Origin: Myxococcales bacterium
GTDB lineage: Bacteria; Myxococcota_A; Polyangia; Polyangiales; DASUME01
Direction: 5' to 3'
DNA: 64,000 nucleotides
NCBI GenBank assembly: GCA_047601445.1
Contig: JASGJH010000001.1
Location: forward strand, 2,848,001-2,912,000
Part shown: positions 38,905 to 50,603 of the stretch, in pieces
Numbering within the stretch: the first letter of the stretch is position 1
Layout: each line of letters opens with the position of its first letter
Program-made: the position numbers and the translations under genes
The notes under the pieces: generated by a model
The model's input: only the letters and a program-made list of their open reading frames with translations
Database searches by the model: none
What the model was told of the DNA's origin: nothing

Positions 38905-40314
38905 ATGATGAGGAGTGCGAACGGCAATCGAGGCGAAGGCTCGCGTGACGCGCTGAGTGGAGTCACGTCGCCTCCAGGGTGGAACCGAACCTGGTTCGGG
39001 GTGCCGAAGGCGTTGCGGGCGCTGCAGACGTACGGCGTCGAGCAGGCCGCCGAGCAGGGCCTCGGCAAGCAGATCTTGATGACCAACAGCCTTACCCTGG
39101 TAGGGGCCGCCCTCTATCTCTCGGGGCTCGTGTACCTGCTCGGGCCGGCACCCTGGATCCTCTATCTCGACCTGTTCGCCTTGCTGGCTCATCTGCTCTT
39201 GCCGTTCCTCAACCGCTGGAGGCTCTTTTTCACCTCACGGGTCACTCTCGTGCTGCTGGCCAACGGCGTCATGAGCGTGGCCGCCGCAGCCGAGGGCCCC
39301 GGGAGTGGCATTCAGTACTTGCTGTTTCCCCTGGCCCCCCTCCCCCTCGTGCTCTTCACGCTCGATTCACGGCGTGAGATCGCGGCGATGGTCTCCTGCG
39401 TTGCGATGAGCGTGGCCGCCTTCTTCGCGCTCGACCTGATCAACGACCGCGGGCTCATGCCGGATGCGATGCGCCTCGCCACGTCGCGCGTGATGTACGT
39501 CGACAGCGTGTTCTCGACCTTCGTCGTCTCGCTCTCCGTCACCTTCTATCTTCTGGTTTCTTACCGGCGCGCCGAGCGACAGCTCGTGGCGCAGCAAGGT
39601 CAGCTGCTCGCGAGCGCCAAGTTGGCGGCGCTCGGTGAGATGGCCGGAGGGGTGGCGCACGAGATCAACAACCCTCTCGGAATCCTCTCGTTGCTGTCCT
39701 CTCGCCTGGCATTGATGGCGCGGAGCGAGCGCTTCGACCGCGCCTCGGCGACCAAGCTATGCACGGAGATCGAAGGCAACCTGGCACGCGTCGCCGGCAT
39801 CGTGAAGAACCTGCAGGCCTTTGCTCGCGATGGTTCGCGAGACCCGCCCGTGTGTGCGGACCTCTCGGAGCTGATCGAAGCAGCGTTGGGATTCTGTCGC
39901 GAGCGCTGCCTGAGCCATGGGGTTGCGCTGAGCATCGCGCCGTTGGATAGGTACGTCGGGATCCAGTGCCGGCCGGGGGACGTCACACAGATCCTGCTCA
40001 ACCTGCTCAACAACGCTCGTGAGGCCGCGGAGAAGCAACCCGGTGGTGAGCGCTGGATCGACCTATCGGTGAGTGACTCGGCCGAGGGCGTCGACGTGAG
40101 GGTGAGCAATGGTGGGCCCCTGCTCCCGCACCATCAGCGTGCCCGGCTCTTCGACCCGTTCTTCACCACGAAACCCGTCGGGCGCGGCACCGGCATGGGG
40201 CTGAGCGTGGCGTTGGGGCTGGCCCAGGCCCACGGCGGCACGCTGCTGCTCGACGAGAGCGCGCCCAACACGTGCTTCGTCCTGCACCTACCTACGCACG
40301 CGGCGCCGCGCTGA
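38905..40314 (+). CDS. Multi-pass membrane sensor histidine kinase (start uncertain)
   Basis: Several TM helices; GEMAGGVAHEINNPL, LLNLLNNA, FDPFFTTKPVGRGTGMGL. Confidence 0.9.
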   Translation: MMRSANGNRGEGSRDALSGVTSPPGWNRTWFGVPKALRALQTYGVEQAAEQGLGKQILMTNSLTLVGAALYLSGLVYLLGPAPWILYLDLFALLAHLLLPFLNRWRLFFTSRVTLVLLANGVMSVAAAAEGPGSGIQYLLFPLAPLPLVLFTLDSRREIAAMVSCVAMSVAAFFALDLINDRGLMPDAMRLATSRVMYVDSVFSTFVVSLSVTFYLLVSYRRAERQLVAQQGQLLASAKLAALGEMAGGVAHEINNPLGILSLLSSRLALMARSERFDRASATKLCTEIEGNLARVAGIVKNLQAFARDGSRDPPVCADLSELIEAALGFCRERCLSHGVALSIAPLDRYVGIQCRPGDVTQILLNLLNNAREAAEKQPGGERWIDLSVSDSAEGVDVRVSNGGPLLPHHQRARLFDPFFTTKPVGRGTGMGLSVALGLAQAHGGTLLLDESAPNTCFVLHLPTHAAPR

Positions 40315-40349
40315 CACGTGGCTCGGCGGGGTCGGCTCGATAGCCGAGT

Positions 40350-41609
40350 TCACGTTTTTTCGTCGTTCTCGCATCCCAGTTGGTCGCGGCGGCGGGTCAG
40401 GTAGACGGTCTCGGCAGTATTGCCTGCCAGCTCGATCGCTTGATCGTACGCAGCGCGTGCCTCCTGACTGCGGCCCAGCCGGCGCAGGAACTCGGCGCGG
40501 GTGACGTGGTAGGCGTGGTAGCCGGCCAATACGTCGCCGAGATTGTCCAACTCCGCAAAAGCCGCCTCTGCCCCGTTGAGCTCGGCCACGGCGATCGTCC
40601 GGTTGAGGGTGACGACTGGCGAAGGGTCGAGCCGGACGAGTTGGTCGTAGAGGGCGAGGATTTGTGACCAGTCAGTCTCTCGCATGCTGCGGGCGCTGGT
40701 GTGCACGGCGTCGATGGCGGCCAGAATTTGGTAGCGACCTGGGGCCACCCCTCGGGCAGCAGCTGCGAGGCGCTCGCGCACCAGACGGTGCCCCTCGGCG
40801 ATCAGCGCGGCGTCCCAGGTCCCACGGTCTTGGTCGCCGAGGGCGACCAGTTCGCCGCTGGCCGACACGCGAGCGGGGCGGCGGGCCTCGGTGAGAAGCA
40901 TGAGGGCCAGAAGGCCGGACACCTCACCGTCGTTCGGAAGTAGCGCGCGGATCAGGCGCGTGAGACGGATGGCCTCGGTGGTCAGGTCGTGACGCAGCGG
41001 ATCGGTGTTGGGGCCTGTCGCCAGGTAGCCCTCGTTGAAGACGAGGAACAACACCGCGAGCACGCCGGACACCCGTGCCGGAAGATCCTCCATCGACGGA
41101 ACCGTGTACGGAATGCGGGCTTCCTTGATCTTTGCCTTCGCGCGGGTGATTCGCCGCTCCATGGCGTTCTCCTGCGCCAGGAACGCACGGGCGATCTCGG
41201 GCACCGTCAGACCGCCGACCATGCGCAGCGTCAATGCCACCCGGGTCTGCATCGCCAGGGCCGGGTGACAGCAAGAGAAGATCAGTCGCAGGCGATCGTC
41301 GTCGATGGCTCCGCGAGGCTCCGGCGGGTCTTCGTCGTCGTATATCATCTGAGCGTGCCTGTGCTTGTCGTCGCGCTTGGTCTCGCGGCGGATCCGGTCA
41401 ATGGCCTTGTGATTGGCGGTGGTGGTTAACCAGGCGCCGGGGTTGGGCGGGACGCCATCGATGGGCCAGCGCTCGACGGCAGTGGCAAAGGCCCCACTGG
41501 CCGCCTCCTCGGCGATGTCGAGGTCAGCGAAGCGTCGGGTCAGGGCGGCGACCACACGGGCCCATTCCTGGTGGTAGGCCTGTGTGATCGCGTCTTGAAT
41601 GCTGGTCAC
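40350..41609 (-). CDS. ECF sigma factor with long C-terminal extension (ECF42-like)
   Basis: Sigma2 (EWARVVAALTRR...WLTTTA), DDRLRLIFSCCHPAL, TPR-like tail; coupled to DGPF gene. Confidence 0.9.
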   Translation of the reverse strand: MTSIQDAITQAYHQEWARVVAALTRRFADLDIAEEAASGAFATAVERWPIDGVPPNPGAWLTTTANHKAIDRIRRETKRDDKHRHAQMIYDDEDPPEPRGAIDDDRLRLIFSCCHPALAMQTRVALTLRMVGGLTVPEIARAFLAQENAMERRITRAKAKIKEARIPYTVPSMEDLPARVSGVLAVLFLVFNEGYLATGPNTDPLRHDLTTEAIRLTRLIRALLPNDGEVSGLLALMLLTEARRPARVSASGELVALGDQDRGTWDAALIAEGHRLVRERLAAAARGVAPGRYQILAAIDAVHTSARSMRETDWSQILALYDQLVRLDPSPVVTLNRTIAVAELNGAEAAFAELDNLGDVLAGYHAYHVTRAEFLRRLGRSQEARAAYDQAIELAGNTAETVYLTRRRDQLGCENDEKT

Positions 41610-41929
41610 ATGAATGGCCGCACCTCGACCTTTCGGTTGCAGGCCTTCGACCCCTCGCCCGCCAGCTTGAGCGCCACGTCCAGTTCCGGGGCCTCGATGA
41701 TCCAGAAGCCAATCAGGTACTCCTTGGACTCCATGAAGGGCCCGTCGGTGATCAGCACCTCATGGCCCCGATTGTCGACGACCGTGGCCGCGCCGGGCGA
41801 GCCGAGTCCGCCGGCGAATACCCAGTAGCCCCCGGTCTGGAGCCGCTCGTTGAAGGCGTCGATTGCAGCGTCCTCTCCCGGCGCGATGACGCTCTGCTGG
41901 TCGTGGATGACAGAAAGCAGGTAGTGCAT
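41606..41929 (-). CDS. YciI/DGPF family protein
   Basis: ITDGPFMESKEYLIGFWII...VEVRP. Confidence 0.92.
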   Translation of the reverse strand: MHYLLSVIHDQQSVIAPGEDAAIDAFNERLQTGGYWVFAGGLGSPGAATVVDNRGHEVLITDGPFMESKEYLIGFWIIEAPELDVALKLAGEGSKACNRKVEVRPFM

Positions 41930-41943
41930 GGGAAGATCATCTC

Positions 41944-42633
41944 CTAGCGTCGGGGTCCTTCGACCGGCGCCCGCTGCGGACGCCCGCCCTTGACTATGAC
42001 TCCCTTCGCATCGACCGACGGATACTCTGGGCGCCCAGCCGGCCGTAATACCTGAATCACTACGCCCTTCGAATCAACTCGCGACTCGACCAGGTCGAGC
42101 GCGAGATCCGGACCGGCTTCTGGGAACAATCGTGCCCCCTGGCCGAGAATTACCGGGACGATGAGCAGCGTCATCTCATCCACCAAGTCGTTCATGAGCA
42201 ACCACCGGATCAGGGCACCGCTGCCGTGCACCTGCAGTTCACCACCGGGTTGCGCCTTCAGCGCTCGGATGGCCGCAAGGGCATCGTCTCCGGAGAGGAC
42301 CGTGGTCCCCGACCACGCAGGACGCGTGAGCGTGGTCGACACCACGTACTTGGGCCGTCTGTGCAGGGCCGTTCGCACATCCTCCCAGCCAGGAACCTCC
42401 TCCTCTCTCAGGACCCCCCAGGAGCTTTCGAAAATCTGGTAGGTCCGTCGCCCGAAGAGGAACGCGGCAGCGCGCTGATAGGTCTGGTTGATGAGGGTCT
42501 GGGTCGTCTGGTCGCCTCTTCCTCGGGCCCAGCCGCCGCGCTCGAATCCGTTCTTGCGGTCCTCGTCCGACGTGCCGCCGTTCCCCTGCATGACTCCATC
42601 GATGGTGATCTGAGTCATGGTCGTCAGCTTCAT
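41944..42633 (-). CDS. Dihydrofolate reductase/RibD C-terminal domain protein
   Basis: ITIDGVMQ, LFGRRTY, PKYVVS, VHGSGAL, PVILGQGARLF. Confidence 0.9.
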   Translation of the reverse strand: MKLTTMTQITIDGVMQGNGGTSDEDRKNGFERGGWARGRGDQTTQTLINQTYQRAAAFLFGRRTYQIFESSWGVLREEEVPGWEDVRTALHRRPKYVVSTTLTRPAWSGTTVLSGDDALAAIRALKAQPGGELQVHGSGALIRWLLMNDLVDEMTLLIVPVILGQGARLFPEAGPDLALDLVESRVDSKGVVIQVLRPAGRPEYPSVDAKGVIVKGGRPQRAPVEGPRR

Positions 42634-42687
42634 GATCGCGGCCTCCTTGAGTGGACGCCGCCCTTCGATAGGCGGCCTCTCCCCTGC

Positions 42688-42714
42688 AACGAAGACCGCT
42701 GCTTCAACCCGACA
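42688..42714 (-). promoter_or_regulatory. Candidate ECF42-type promoter (TGTCGG-17-CGTT) for the DHFR-DGPF-sigma operon
   Basis: Resembles the TGTCGA/CG(A/T)C consensus known for ECF42; ~55 bp upstream of the first gene. Confidence 0.45.
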
Positions 42715-42970
42715 CCGCCCCCGAATTTTTTCTCAAGAGCTCCCGGGCCCAGCGCCGAACGAAAAGACCGCCGAGTCACCAATCGTACACATGGGCCTAA
42801 AGGCGCGGATTGCGCACCTTCCCCGGAGCGTTACTTCGCGTCAGCATCAGTCGTGAATTGATCTGCAGAAGCAAAGGCATCAGCGGCGGGTCGTCGCGCG
42901 AGATCGGTGGGGTGAAGCCCGTCACGCCAGTCGATCGTAGGGCTGCTCGCGGTGGATACGTCAGGCCACG

Positions 42971-43606
42971 ATGTCGGTAGCCGTCCGCAGCGGAGAACTC
43001 GGCGAGCACCCCACCCTGCCACCGGGCGAGGGCCCCTTTCGAATCAAGGGGACTGGCTATCTCGGCCACATGCGCTGGGTCGAGCAACACTATCCGGGCG
43101 GCAGGCAAGCCTTCTTGGCTGCAGTCTCGCCTTCGATCCGCGCGTTTCTCGATCAGCCGTTCCTGGCCATGAGCCTGTTCGACATCATGCCGCTCATCTG
43201 CGCGGGCCACACGTGCGCCCGCGTCTGCAAGACCACTTTCTTTCAATTCATCGCCAACCGCTCCGGACACCAAGCCCAGCAGGATCTCACCACCCTGCAC
43301 CGCGCGCTGCTCAAGCTCGCGAGTCCGCGCATGGTCGCGTCGCGCGTACCGATGCTGATGTCGCAGTACTTCGACTTTGGCGAGACCGCCGTGCTGGAGT
43401 CCGATGCCAAGTCAGTGCGCTTCGAGTTGTCTAGCATTCCCGTGATGTACGCCGAGTGGTTGCACGCGGTGTACGACGGCTTCGGTCGCACGCTGGTCGA
43501 GGCCACCGGCGGAGTGTCACCACGGCTCTCCGTCGAACGCGTCCCCCTGGGCAACGTTCGATCCTTCCCGGCCTGCAAGCTACGCGGCACGATGAGCTGG
43601 CAATGA
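42971..43606 (+). CDS. Myxobacterial hypothetical protein (DUF2378/TIGR02265-like)
   Basis: N-terminal FRIKGTGY, helical middle, C-terminal strand ending in W; family call from memory of the pattern. Confidence 0.55.
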   Translation: MSVAVRSGELGEHPTLPPGEGPFRIKGTGYLGHMRWVEQHYPGGRQAFLAAVSPSIRAFLDQPFLAMSLFDIMPLICAGHTCARVCKTTFFQFIANRSGHQAQQDLTTLHRALLKLASPRMVASRVPMLMSQYFDFGETAVLESDAKSVRFELSSIPVMYAEWLHAVYDGFGRTLVEATGGVSPRLSVERVPLGNVRSFPACKLRGTMSWQ

Positions 43607-43843
43607 CCGCGGTGCACCAGATGGATTTGGCGGAGCCATTGACGAAGCCATAGACGGCCCCAACTACCATGGCGTGCGCTGATTCGCTTCGACGGTGCAG
43701 TGGAGTGCTCCCAAGAGCAGGACCAACAGCAACGCCATCCGCCGCCCAAGACAGCCTCCCGGGCGCAGTCGCCAACGCTCACCGCATCTGTGCTGTGGAC
43801 GGCGCAAAAGCCGGCTGTCGATCCACGCTCTTCGTGCTCCCCG

Positions 43844-45444
43844 CTAGAGCGCCGCCTCGGGTGCCGGGGCGCGTTTCAATGCGCGGCGGGTCGTGTTCAG
43901 CTCCTCGCGGATGCAGGCATGGCAGTCTCGATTGAGCAAGCCACAGCCGGTACGGGGCTTGTCGTACCAGTATTCGACCGCGGGCAAGGACCTAGCATCA
44001 CCCAGCGTACGCAGCCGCCGCAAAGCCGCCGTTTGAACGCGACAATCGGTCCCGAGCTCCAAGCGAGCGAGCGCAGTCGCAAAGGGCGGAATCTCGACCT
44101 TGGTCGGCGGGTGCACGAGCCATCGCGCGGCCGCGGCGCGTTCCCGCCCATTCTTGGAGCGCGAGAGCACGTCGATTTGCGATTGCACGTCGGGCGCGGA
44201 CGCCGAAGGAGGGAGCGGCGGCGGCACCGGCGGCGCCGGCGTGCTCACTGCCACCGCTTCCACGCGGCTCACGGCCGGCGGGGCAGTGTTCTTCGCCTCC
44301 GGCTCGGATTTCACGGCTGCCATCACGACGCTGGTCACCACGACGAGGAGTGCCGCGAGACTGGACCAAACGACCTTGCGCGGGAGTCGGTCGACGAAGT
44401 CCCACAACGCCCGAAGCCGAGGCGGGGACGCCGTGAGCACGGTGTCCAAGATGCTCCGTAGCTGGGGCGGGGCATTGCGGAGCACGGTTGGAACGGAGAC
44501 GCCGTAAGCCTGCGCACTTGGGACGGCAGCGCGCGAGGCAAGCCCACGAAGCTGATCGCGGACTAGCCCCGCGTTTTGCATGCGGTCGCTCAGCTGAGGC
44601 GCGAGCAGCTTGTGCACCAGCGCCGCGAGCTCGGGAGGGGCTGTCCCGGTCCCTTGCGCGATTCGTTCGGCAAGAGTTGGCGAGAACTGCTGGGCGATGA
44701 TGCCCGTAAGATTGGGCGCGTCGAACAAGGCACGGCCCGCGAGCATCTCCCACAAGAGAACGCCCAGCGCATAGAGGTCTGCGCGCTCGTCCACGGGCCC
44801 GCCCCCCGCCTGCTCGGGGGCCATGTAGCCCGGTGTTCCGAGGACAGCGCCCACCTTCGTCAAAGCGCGCCCCGTGCCTCCGCCTTCTGTCTCCTGAGTC
44901 GGCGGACTCTCGATTCGGGCGATACCGAAGTCGAGGACCTTCACGAAGGGAGGTCCGCCGTGACGCGCTTCCAACAGCACGTTCTCGGGTTTCAAGTCAC
45001 GATGCACGATTCCCATGGCGTGCGCGGCGCTGAGGGCGTCCGCGATCTGCGCCCCGATCTCGCACACTTGCTGCCACGGCGCCCCGCCCACCTTGTCGAC
45101 GTGTGCCCGCAGGTTCGGTCCGTGCACCAGCTCCAACACCAAATACGCGCCGCCGTCAGGCAGGGTCCCGTAGTCCATCGCGCTGGCCACATGGGGGTGC
45201 TCCAGCTGCGCGCTGGCCATGGCTTCACGGGCGAAGCGCGCCGCGACCTCCTGGTTGCCGAGGAAGCTCGGATGGATGGTCTTGAGCGCGACCATCTTGC
45301 GCAGCCGCAGGTGCTCCGCGACGAACACCGTCCCCATGCCGCCTTCCGCCAGGAGTTCCTTGATGCGATAGCGATCGTCGATGATCCGGTCGAGCCATGG
45401 TGATGGCGGAGCCGGGGGGGGACGCTGCGACCAGACGGTTGCAT
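43844..45444 (-). CDS. Ser/Thr protein kinase with TM helix and C-terminal helical domain (start uncertain; possible C8-tract indel)
   Basis: LAEGGMG, VALK, HRDLKPEN, VLDFG, GTPGYMAPE; TM VVWSSLAALLVVVTSVVMAAV. Confidence 0.9.
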
Positions 45445-45620
45445 GGACTACCGATCGTGCTGCACCGGAGCACACGGGTTGAAACGGTTCCGCTTCTGGC
45501 AAGGCTTTTGGTAGGACATGGGCGCTCGGAAACCTAGGCCGTAGCAAGGGTACGCCAAGGTACCCCAGCTTTCTTCGTGCCTGCTTCATCAAATTCTGCC
45601 CCCCGTGGGACTCATGCACC

Positions 45621-47508
<1,888 letters not shown>

Positions 47509-47546
47509 GCGGGGGTCGTCGCAACAAGAGAAAGAGCGTTTGATCC

Positions 47547-47792
47547 CTACGACAGCAGCTTCTGAAGTCCCAAGAACGCTCCGGCCCCCGCCAGCATCGG
47601 AACGCCTCCCAGGATGTACAGGGGAATGGCGTCGAACGGCCAGTAGGTGAACACGGCCAGCAAGGCCGCGAAGGCGACGACACCCGATCCCATGATGGGC
47701 CCCCAGACCGCCAACGTCCCACGCACATTCGTGCGGGTGAGAGCCTTGCGAAAAGCCTCCTCCTCTTGCGTCCTGCGCTCCTCGGTCGTCAT
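47547..47792 (-). CDS. Small two-TM membrane protein
   Basis: GGAGG RBS before ATG 47792; two hydrophobic stretches. Confidence 0.6.
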   Translation of the reverse strand: MTTEERRTQEEEAFRKALTRTNVRGTLAVWGPIMGSGVVAFAALLAVFTYWPFDAIPLYILGGVPMLAGAGAFLGLQKLLS

Positions 47793-47926
47793 CCGCGCCT
47801 CCGCCGCCAAGTGTACTCGCGGCTACCAGCGGGGAAGGATGAGTTCGACCCCCCCGCTACGCTTCACCCCGAACGCTCGACCTTCGCGCTTGCCCTGAAA
47901 CGACCTTGATTGGTCTCATCTTCGGC

Positions 47927-49306
47927 ATGAACCGCGCACTCTGGTTACCGTGGCTGGCCGTGATCTTCGGCTGCTCGACTTCCGATCCCGAGGACAGGGG
48001 CCACGTCGATGCGGGCTCTGATACGGTCTGCGCCTCCGTGAAATGCGACGCGCACGCTGAATGCTTCGAGCAAGACGGCGCTGGCACGTGTCGCTGCAAG
48101 CCTGGCTATTCGGGCGATGGCAGCACGTGCACGGCCGTGGTCGATCCATGCATCGCGGCGGGCACCTGTCCGGAGGGGGTCTGGGTGCGTCACGTGCTGC
48201 CAGGCATCGCGAGCATCGACACGGTTCAGAGCGTGGTCGGCGATCCCGTCCGTCCGAGCGACTTCTACGCCTTCGTGGGGAGCAACAGCGGGCCCACGAT
48301 CAAGGTGTACGCCAGCACCGACTTCGGCGAGACCTGGGAGAATCGCAACGTCACCGCAGAGCTGACTGGAAATCCCTGGGGGGCATCCATCGATCCCAAT
48401 CCCAAGCGCGATCCTTCCACTGCCCCTACCCTGTGGTCGCCCTCGGGCTATGGCGCGGGCGGCGCTTGGCGCTCCACGGACGGTGGACGAACGTGGCAGC
48501 GCTCCGAGGCCTGCGACACCGCGTTCAAGCCCTACAGTCCCTTCGGAGGTACCGACCTCTATCACGTCCAGATCTTGCCCGACGACCCGCCCAATCACGT
48601 CCTCGCGACCTACCACTACTACTTCCGCGACAACTCGGAGGGCGGCTTCGGCGAGACCTGGGACGGCGGGCAGACCTGGGTCGTGCATCCACCGCCCGTA
48701 GGCGTGGGAACCTCGCACTACGTGGTCCCCGTCGACGCCACCACCTGGGTGGTCATCGCGCAGGACAACAACGGCCAAAACGGCATCTGGCGGACCACGA
48801 CCGCTGGGCGCACGGGCGGAAGCGCCGCCAAGAAGTTCCGCGACGGCACCATCGACGCCGCTGCCTGGCAAAAGGTCGACACGCTCGAGCACGCGCACGG
48901 GAGCCATCAAAACGTGCGCCTGCCGGACGGATCACTGCTGGTCACGGGCTGGGTCAACGGCGCGGTCAGCCGCGACATGGGAGCGACCTGGCAGCACTTC
49001 AGCGAAAACGGTAGCTGGGCGCCGCCGCACCAGTTCGAGCAAGCGAACATGACGAACATCGCCGTCACCGAACGCTTCGCGTACACCAACTTCCTGGCCA
49101 ACCCCACGCTCGCGCGCGCGCCCCTCAATGCATTGGTGGGTGCGGCGAACTGGGACGTCGAATACTGCGAGCGGCCCGCGAACTACACCGTCGGCGGAGG
49201 TCCCTTCGGCATGGCGTCCTCGTACAACGCTGACGCGTCGCGTTGGGTCGTGATCGCAGGCTCGCTGGACGGGTCGATCTGGAAGTACGTGGAGCCGCCG
49301 CCCTGA
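47927..49306 (+). CDS. Lipoprotein with EGF-like domain and BNR/Asp-box beta-propeller (sialidase/glycosidase-like)
   Basis: Lipobox VIFG-C; CDAHAEC...CRCKPGYSGDGSTC; Asp boxes STDFGETW, STDGGRTW, TWDGGQTW, SRDMGATW. Confidence 0.85.
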   Translation: MNRALWLPWLAVIFGCSTSDPEDRGHVDAGSDTVCASVKCDAHAECFEQDGAGTCRCKPGYSGDGSTCTAVVDPCIAAGTCPEGVWVRHVLPGIASIDTVQSVVGDPVRPSDFYAFVGSNSGPTIKVYASTDFGETWENRNVTAELTGNPWGASIDPNPKRDPSTAPTLWSPSGYGAGGAWRSTDGGRTWQRSEACDTAFKPYSPFGGTDLYHVQILPDDPPNHVLATYHYYFRDNSEGGFGETWDGGQTWVVHPPPVGVGTSHYVVPVDATTWVVIAQDNNGQNGIWRTTTAGRTGGSAAKKFRDGTIDAAAWQKVDTLEHAHGSHQNVRLPDGSLLVTGWVNGAVSRDMGATWQHFSENGSWAPPHQFEQANMTNIAVTERFAYTNFLANPTLARAPLNALVGAANWDVEYCERPANYTVGGGPFGMASSYNADASRWVVIAGSLDGSIWKYVEPPP

Positions 49307-49310
49307 GCGC

Positions 49311-49472
49311 TCACACCGCCCGCATGTATCTCTCGAGCCACCCCGCCATCGCGGCAAGCTCTGCGCGTCCGACGATGACCTGGTCGATCAAGGTCGCCGC
49401 CGTCTTCGCGCGGGCACAGCCCTGGAGGGCAACGACGACCAGAACTAGCAGAACGAACGCATGCCGAGCCAT
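49311..49472 (-). CDS. 53-aa putative small lipoprotein (below ORF-track cutoff)
   Basis: MARHAFVLLVLVVVALQG-CARAK...; AAGGAG RBS 8 nt upstream. Confidence 0.5.
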   Translation of the reverse strand: MARHAFVLLVLVVVALQGCARAKTAATLIDQVIVGRAELAAMAGWLERYMRAV

Positions 49473-49533
49473 TCGGGGAGCTCCTTGGCCGACAGCGGCA
49501 CGAGATGGACGACAGCTTCCCTCGCAGCTCTAC

Positions 49534-50482
49534 TCACGCGGCCGCCTCCGCCTCCTCGCACCGCTCCCTGACGAACCCACTCATCGCTTTCCAGGCCATT
49601 CGGCTCTCTTCGAGCCAGGGCAAGGTGAGCGGCCAGTCGTGTTGCATGCGCGGCCCCACAAGCAAGCGTGCATCGGTGCCGGACCGTGTCGCACGCGCGA
49701 CCACGTCTTCGGCATCCGAGCGCAGAACCTCGTGCTCGCCGACCAGCAAGAGCAGCGGTGGCAGGCCGCCTAGGTCGGCAAACAGGGGCGAGAGGAGCGG
49801 AGAGCGCAGGTCGATGCCTGCTGCGTAGTGGCTTCCCCAGCGTTCGAGATGGGCCCGCGTGAGCCAGCGGTCCTTGCCGTGATTGTCATCTACCGACGGC
49901 CCGGAGGCAGAGAAGATCCGTCCAGGGCGAGAGCATGATGGCTCCTCTGGGCTGGGGCAGGCCGAGCTCGCGGAGGCGGATCAGGACGCTCAGGACGAGG
50001 CCGCCGCCCGCAGAGTCTCCAGTGAGGAAAATGGGCACGTTCGGACGTAGCGCGCGCACGTAGTGATAGGCGGCCAGCGCATCATCGAGCGCCGCCGGGA
50101 ACGGATGCTCGGGGGCGAGACGATAGTCTGGCAGGAACACCTCGGCGCCCAGGCGGAAGCTCAGGCGCATCGCGCGATTGCGGTAGGACGCAGCCGAGCC
50201 GAACAAGAAGGCGCCGCCGTGCAGGTGAATGACGACGCAAGCCGGACCTTCGATCGCGCATACCGACTCGATGCTCAATCCATGGTGTCGATGGTCACCG
50301 AACACCAAGCGCGGATGCTTTCGCAGCATGGCCTCGCGGCTCACGTAGCCAAAGCGCTCGAAGCGGCTACGCATGATCGAGGGCGGTGTGTCCGCGCGAA
50401 AAAGTAGGCTGGTGAAGAGTCCGTATGCTTGCAACGACAGCGAGCGCTTCATGGTTGCTGCGGCTGATGGATGGTGCGCCAT
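49534..50482 (-). CDS. Alpha/beta hydrolase (hormone-sensitive-lipase-like esterase); apparent +1 frameshift at ~49913
   Basis: HGGAF, DYRLAPEHPFPAALDD, GDSAGG; removing one base after WTD gives LSASGPS... continuing to VGEHEVL...MQHDW. Confidence 0.85.
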
Positions 50483-50562
50483 GGTTTGCCTCCGTTTCGG
50501 CCGCGTTCTCCGCGGCACGATCTGAACCTAGACCGCGGGGGCGCATCCGTACTTTGGCGAAC

Positions 50563-50589
50563 CTGAAACGTGGCTGAGTGTTCCGTGAG
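50563..50589. promoter_or_regulatory. Three 11-bp-spaced direct repeats upstream of the esterase gene
   Basis: CTGAA 50563, CTGAG 50574, GTGAG 50585; mirrored at 52926-52952. Confidence 0.45.
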
Positions 50590-50603
50590 GAACAGACGGG
50601 TGT

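Noticed and set aside
40332..40347. Hairpin TCGGCT-CGAT-AGCCGA between convergent genes as a terminator
   Set aside because: Only a 6-bp stem with no adjacent U-tract; too weak to call
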